A program made the translations under genes and the position numbers. A stretch of DNA of 18,604 bases from Candidatus Eiseniibacteriota bacterium (lineage in GTDB: Bacteria > Arandabacterota > Arandabacteria > Arandabacterales > Arandabacteraceae): contig JBDRNT010000146.1 of assembly GCA_043810925.1 (NCBI GenBank), forward strand, positions 1 to 18,604. Direction: 5' to 3'. The notes under the pieces were generated by a model that made no database searches, was not told where the DNA came from, and worked only from the letters and a program-made list of their open reading frames with translations. Below, piece after piece: positions 15,710-18,604 of this stretch. Within the stretch, counting starts at the first letter, position 1; the number at the start of each line of letters is the position of its first letter.

Positions 15710-17682
15710 GACCTCTGCGAGAAGTAAGCGTGGTCAACTTCCCACAGACTGTATGACTGATTCCGGAATAATAGTACGAATCCGGGTACAGACTTGCCTA
15801 TGGCTGCTGCCAGGGGCTGGTTATGACCAAGCAAGATGTATCGAATACCGTTACCGACTATCCCGGCAATTGTGTCATCATCCAGCCTGGATCGCACTAG
15901 AAGCCTTCTGCTGGTTTCGAGCGACATAGACCCGGAGCCCCTGTAAGCAGCCGGATATGCATCAGGCACATATGCGGGCAGCATCCGACCTACCAGGACA
16001 GGAGCAAGGATCAGCCCCTGAGGGGAGTGTTGTGCGCCCAGGGCCCCGAACGCATCCACAATGTCGGGAGTGGGCCTCCCCCTGTCCCTCGTGCCGTAGG
16101 CAACCTTCAAGTAGTTCACCGGATTACCTCTGGCCAAGGTCAGTGCCATGACCGCCACAATTGTCCATTTCACCAGAGAGCGCCGGTTCAATCTCCATAT
16201 GAAGAATGCAATTGTGAAGCCCCATGGAAGTATCCAGGCCAAGCGGAACACCATCTTTGCGGTTATCAGCTTTGAGAACACTTCAGAGCCCACGGGTGTG
16301 AACGCACCAGCCAAGACAACGACTGTGAGGCAAAACAGAAAGCGTGCCGGCCGGTTTGTCCTGAAAACTGGCACTAGCAAGCATGTCAGGACCAGACCGG
16401 CAATGGCCATTGGAAAGCGCAATACATGGCCCGGGTTCGTCACCCAAAGCTTGTCCGAGAGCTGTAACACCCGTGTGCAGGCGTAAGCACTCGGCTCGAA
16501 GGGATCGCCGGGCATATATATCGATCGCAGTGAACAGTCATCCAATGTCGCTCGTTCACGAAATTCCTCACGTCCCAGAGATTCTGTGACTGCCCCCATC
16601 CCTGACAGCAGGATCATTCCACAGACTAAGAACGGGAATATGATCAATGCAAGTCTGCGGACGCTATCCCGCCGCCGGTGTCGAAGAAGCTCGACGAACG
16701 CGAAAGGGACTATGGCGAGGCCACACCAGACAGGACCGAGCGGGTGCACCAGGGTTGATGCAACTAAGGCGATGAAGTAGGCCGGGTACCCTCGCTTACC
16801 GTCTATCACCCTTAATGCCAGCGCAACGACTACAGGAACCATAAGTAGAAGGGCTGTACCTTTGTCCTGAGTACTGCGAATGAAGAACATCCCACCTGCG
16901 CAGTTCGACGGGAAAATGGCAGACAGGTAGAAGAGTACCTGTAGTGTGCATGCGATGAGAGCCGCGCCTTCGGATCCAAAGATCCCTTTCGCAAACGAAT
17001 ACATCGCTAGCACAGAAAAGAAAACAACCAGCACAGGGAGGAAAACCTGGTGTGCCGCGACGGGATGCACCCCTGTGGTTTGTGACAGCAACGCCTCCAC
17101 GACCCACCAGCCGCCGTACCATGACCTTGGCGATACAGGATTCTCCATGCCGAATATGGCATCTTCCGCACGTAGGGGGTTCCCGGTTGTGTAATCCGCA
17201 ATGTGAGCGAGATAGTACCAGTCGTCAGAATCTCTCGGGGTGACAAGCGTCACGAGAGATGCTGCAACGGCAATAACAAGGATCGCGATCTCAGCTGCCG
17301 ACAGCTTTCGCCCTGCCACCGGAGCAGAGGTCGCGGCTCCCACCGGTATCCTCTTTATAATCACCAAAACGGTGAGGCCACCATAGGCAATGCAGACGGA
17401 GGTGATGATCTGGGCCAGCCTCACATTGAGCACGAGCCCGACGAATGCCACAAGTGCCAACACGCCGGTTCCAAGCACGCACGTGACGGCGAGCCACTCG
17501 GGAAAGGACAGGGAAGACCTCTTGCGCATGATCAAGGACCATAGAACCATGCCCGGGAACAACAGGATCGCCGTGGACCCGATATAGAAAGACACAGGGT
17601 AGGGTAAGATTTTCAGAAGACCCAGTAGGGCCAAGATAGCTGTCACACCAAAGGCAGATAGCACTCGACGCGTCTTGCTCAT
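15700..17682 (-). CDS. Polytopic membrane protein, probable GT-C-fold glycosyltransferase-like (possibly DUF6077-like), 660 aa
   Basis: Many hydrophobic helices; acidic loop RDSDDWYY after the N-terminal TM block; TLVHPLG; short soluble C-terminal domain (IRYILL..LLFRNQSYSLWEV); RBS GGAGGT. The CDS is secure, the family is tentative. Confidence 0.7.
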   Translation of the reverse strand: MSKTRRVLSAFGVTAILALLGLLKILPYPVSFYIGSTAILLFPGMVLWSLIMRKRSSLSFPEWLAVTCVLGTGVLALVAFVGLVLNVRLAQIITSVCIAYGGLTVLVIIKRIPVGAATSAPVAGRKLSAAEIAILVIAVAASLVTLVTPRDSDDWYYLAHIADYTTGNPLRAEDAIFGMENPVSPRSWYGGWWVVEALLSQTTGVHPVAAHQVFLPVLVVFFSVLAMYSFAKGIFGSEGAALIACTLQVLFYLSAIFPSNCAGGMFFIRSTQDKGTALLLMVPVVVALALRVIDGKRGYPAYFIALVASTLVHPLGPVWCGLAIVPFAFVELLRHRRRDSVRRLALIIFPFLVCGMILLSGMGAVTESLGREEFRERATLDDCSLRSIYMPGDPFEPSAYACTRVLQLSDKLWVTNPGHVLRFPMAIAGLVLTCLLVPVFRTNRPARFLFCLTVVVLAGAFTPVGSEVFSKLITAKMVFRLAWILPWGFTIAFFIWRLNRRSLVKWTIVAVMALTLARGNPVNYLKVAYGTRDRGRPTPDIVDAFGALGAQHSPQGLILAPVLVGRMLPAYVPDAYPAAYRGSGSMSLETSRRLLVRSRLDDDTIAGIVGNGIRYILLGHNQPLAAAIGKSVPGFVLLFRNQSYSLWEVDHAYFSQRSQS

Positions 17683-17764
17683 ACCTCCAGTCAGGTTCCT
17701 GCCGGGCTCTGAAGATGTCGTGAGTGACCGGAGTCAGACCCCGACACCTTACGTCAGTGTCGCG

Positions 17765-17793
17765 ATCATAGCATCCACGAAGCATCAGTTCAA
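17765..17793 (-). promoter_or_regulatory. Sigma70-type promoter of the 660-aa gene
   Basis: On the minus strand: TTGAAC (17793-17788), 17-nt spacer, TATGAT (17770-17765) with an extended TGn. Confidence 0.55.
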
Positions 17794-17925
17794 CCACAGA
17801 CGGTTTTAGGTCAATGGCTGCGTCAAACTGGGGCCGGGAAACGGGTACTCAGACAGATTTACGTAAATCGGGTCTTGTCGATCCAAGATGCTCGTGAGAA
17901 GATCGGACGATGGGGTGTGAAGAAA

Positions 17926-18604
17926 ATGATAGATAAGATGAAGTCAGATTGCGATTCAGCTGAGTACCGCAACTCAGCTGGAGGTCTGAAGGCTCTCGCC
18001 GTTAGCTGTATCGCCGCGTTGCCCTTTGCCGTTCTCTACACCCAGGGAGTCCAAAGGACAGTCGGAAAAGGGGATTCCGCCGAGTTTGCAGTTGCTTCAT
18101 ATACCCTCGGGATTCCGCATCCATCCGGCTATCCTCTTTATACTTGGCTGGGCAAGCTATTCACTCTACTGCCCTTCGGATCGGTCGCCTGGCGGGTCAA
18201 TCTCATGTCAGCGGTATTCGCCTATCTGACCCTGGTCCTGGTCTTTCACCTCGTAACGGAGGGGCTGCTCGGAAATCACAAGTCCTTATTCACCCGATAC
18301 ATCTCCGGAGCCTGCGCCGTGGTTCTCCTCGGGCTCTTTCCTCCTTTCTTACAGCATGCAACCGTTGCCGAGGTTTACACAGCCAACGCTTTCCTGGTGA
18401 TTCTCTGTGTCTGGCTTTTTGTCAGATGGATGGGCGTGAGACGCCCGGCCTACCTGTACGGGGCATCACTGGTCCTCGGTCTCAGTCTGGGAACACACCT
18501 TTCCAACGTGTTCCTGGTGCCCCTGTTCATTGCGGGAGCCCTGTTGACATCAAGGTGTTGCAGGAGGGTGATCAAGAGCGTCGTGCTGCTTTTGGCCGGG
18601 GCTT
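17926..18604 (+). CDS. DUF2723 / TMEM260-like membrane glycosyltransferase, 5' part running off the window (absent from the ORF track)
   Basis: Manual translation gives MIDKMKSD..VGKGDSAEFAVASYTLGIPHPSGYPLYTWLGKLFTLLPFGSVAWRVNLMSAVF..QHATVAEVYTANAF..GLSLGTHLSN. GDSxEF, HPxGYPLY and AEVY are family hallmarks. The start could be 17917, 17926 or 17938. Confidence 0.85.
   Translation, partial: MIDKMKSDCDSAEYRNSAGGLKALAVSCIAALPFAVLYTQGVQRTVGKGDSAEFAVASYTLGIPHPSGYPLYTWLGKLFTLLPFGSVAWRVNLMSAVFAYLTLVLVFHLVTEGLLGNHKSLFTRYISGACAVVLLGLFPPFLQHATVAEVYTANAFLVILCVWLFVRWMGVRRPAYLYGASLVLGLSLGTHLSNVFLVPLFIAGALLTSRCCRRVIKSVVLLLAGA

Noticed and set aside
17958-17981. Inverted repeat CAGCTGAGT-N6-ACTCAGCTG
   Set aside because: Lies inside the 5' coding region of the DUF2723 gene, occurs once, and has no supporting context.

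Overview
Bacterial window, probably from an uncultured Gram-negative lineage (Eisenbacteria/Latescibacteria-like; an inference from protein tails only). Bases ~211-12656 hold a five-gene minus-strand operon of secreted proteins. Two giants (~1494 and 1790 aa) share a C-terminal cassette of cohesin-like, Ig, FN3, dockerin-like, second cohesin-like and FlgD-Ig/T9SS-type tail modules, but differ at the N-terminus: a QW-repeat alpha/alpha domain plus one beta-helix, versus an unassigned domain plus two beta-helices. Three small single-cohesin proteins are interleaved, two with an FlgD-Ig tail and one with a WGxIKxL(F/Y)R tail. A divergent secreted gene carries the same WGxIK tail. An identical 30-bp direct repeat (131-160, 14344-14373) brackets the whole block, and the right copy runs into a perfect 25-bp-stem palindrome. 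Downstream lie a metallophosphoesterase broken by an apparent frameshift and an in-frame TAG, a GT-C-like membrane protein, and the 5' part of a DUF2723/TMEM260-like glycosyltransferase that the ORF track missed. Best candidate for a novel system: a non-clostridial cohesin-dockerin assembly whose large subunits carry both partner modules and which appears to use two C-terminal sorting signals. All domain calls are by-eye motif recognition, not HMM results.
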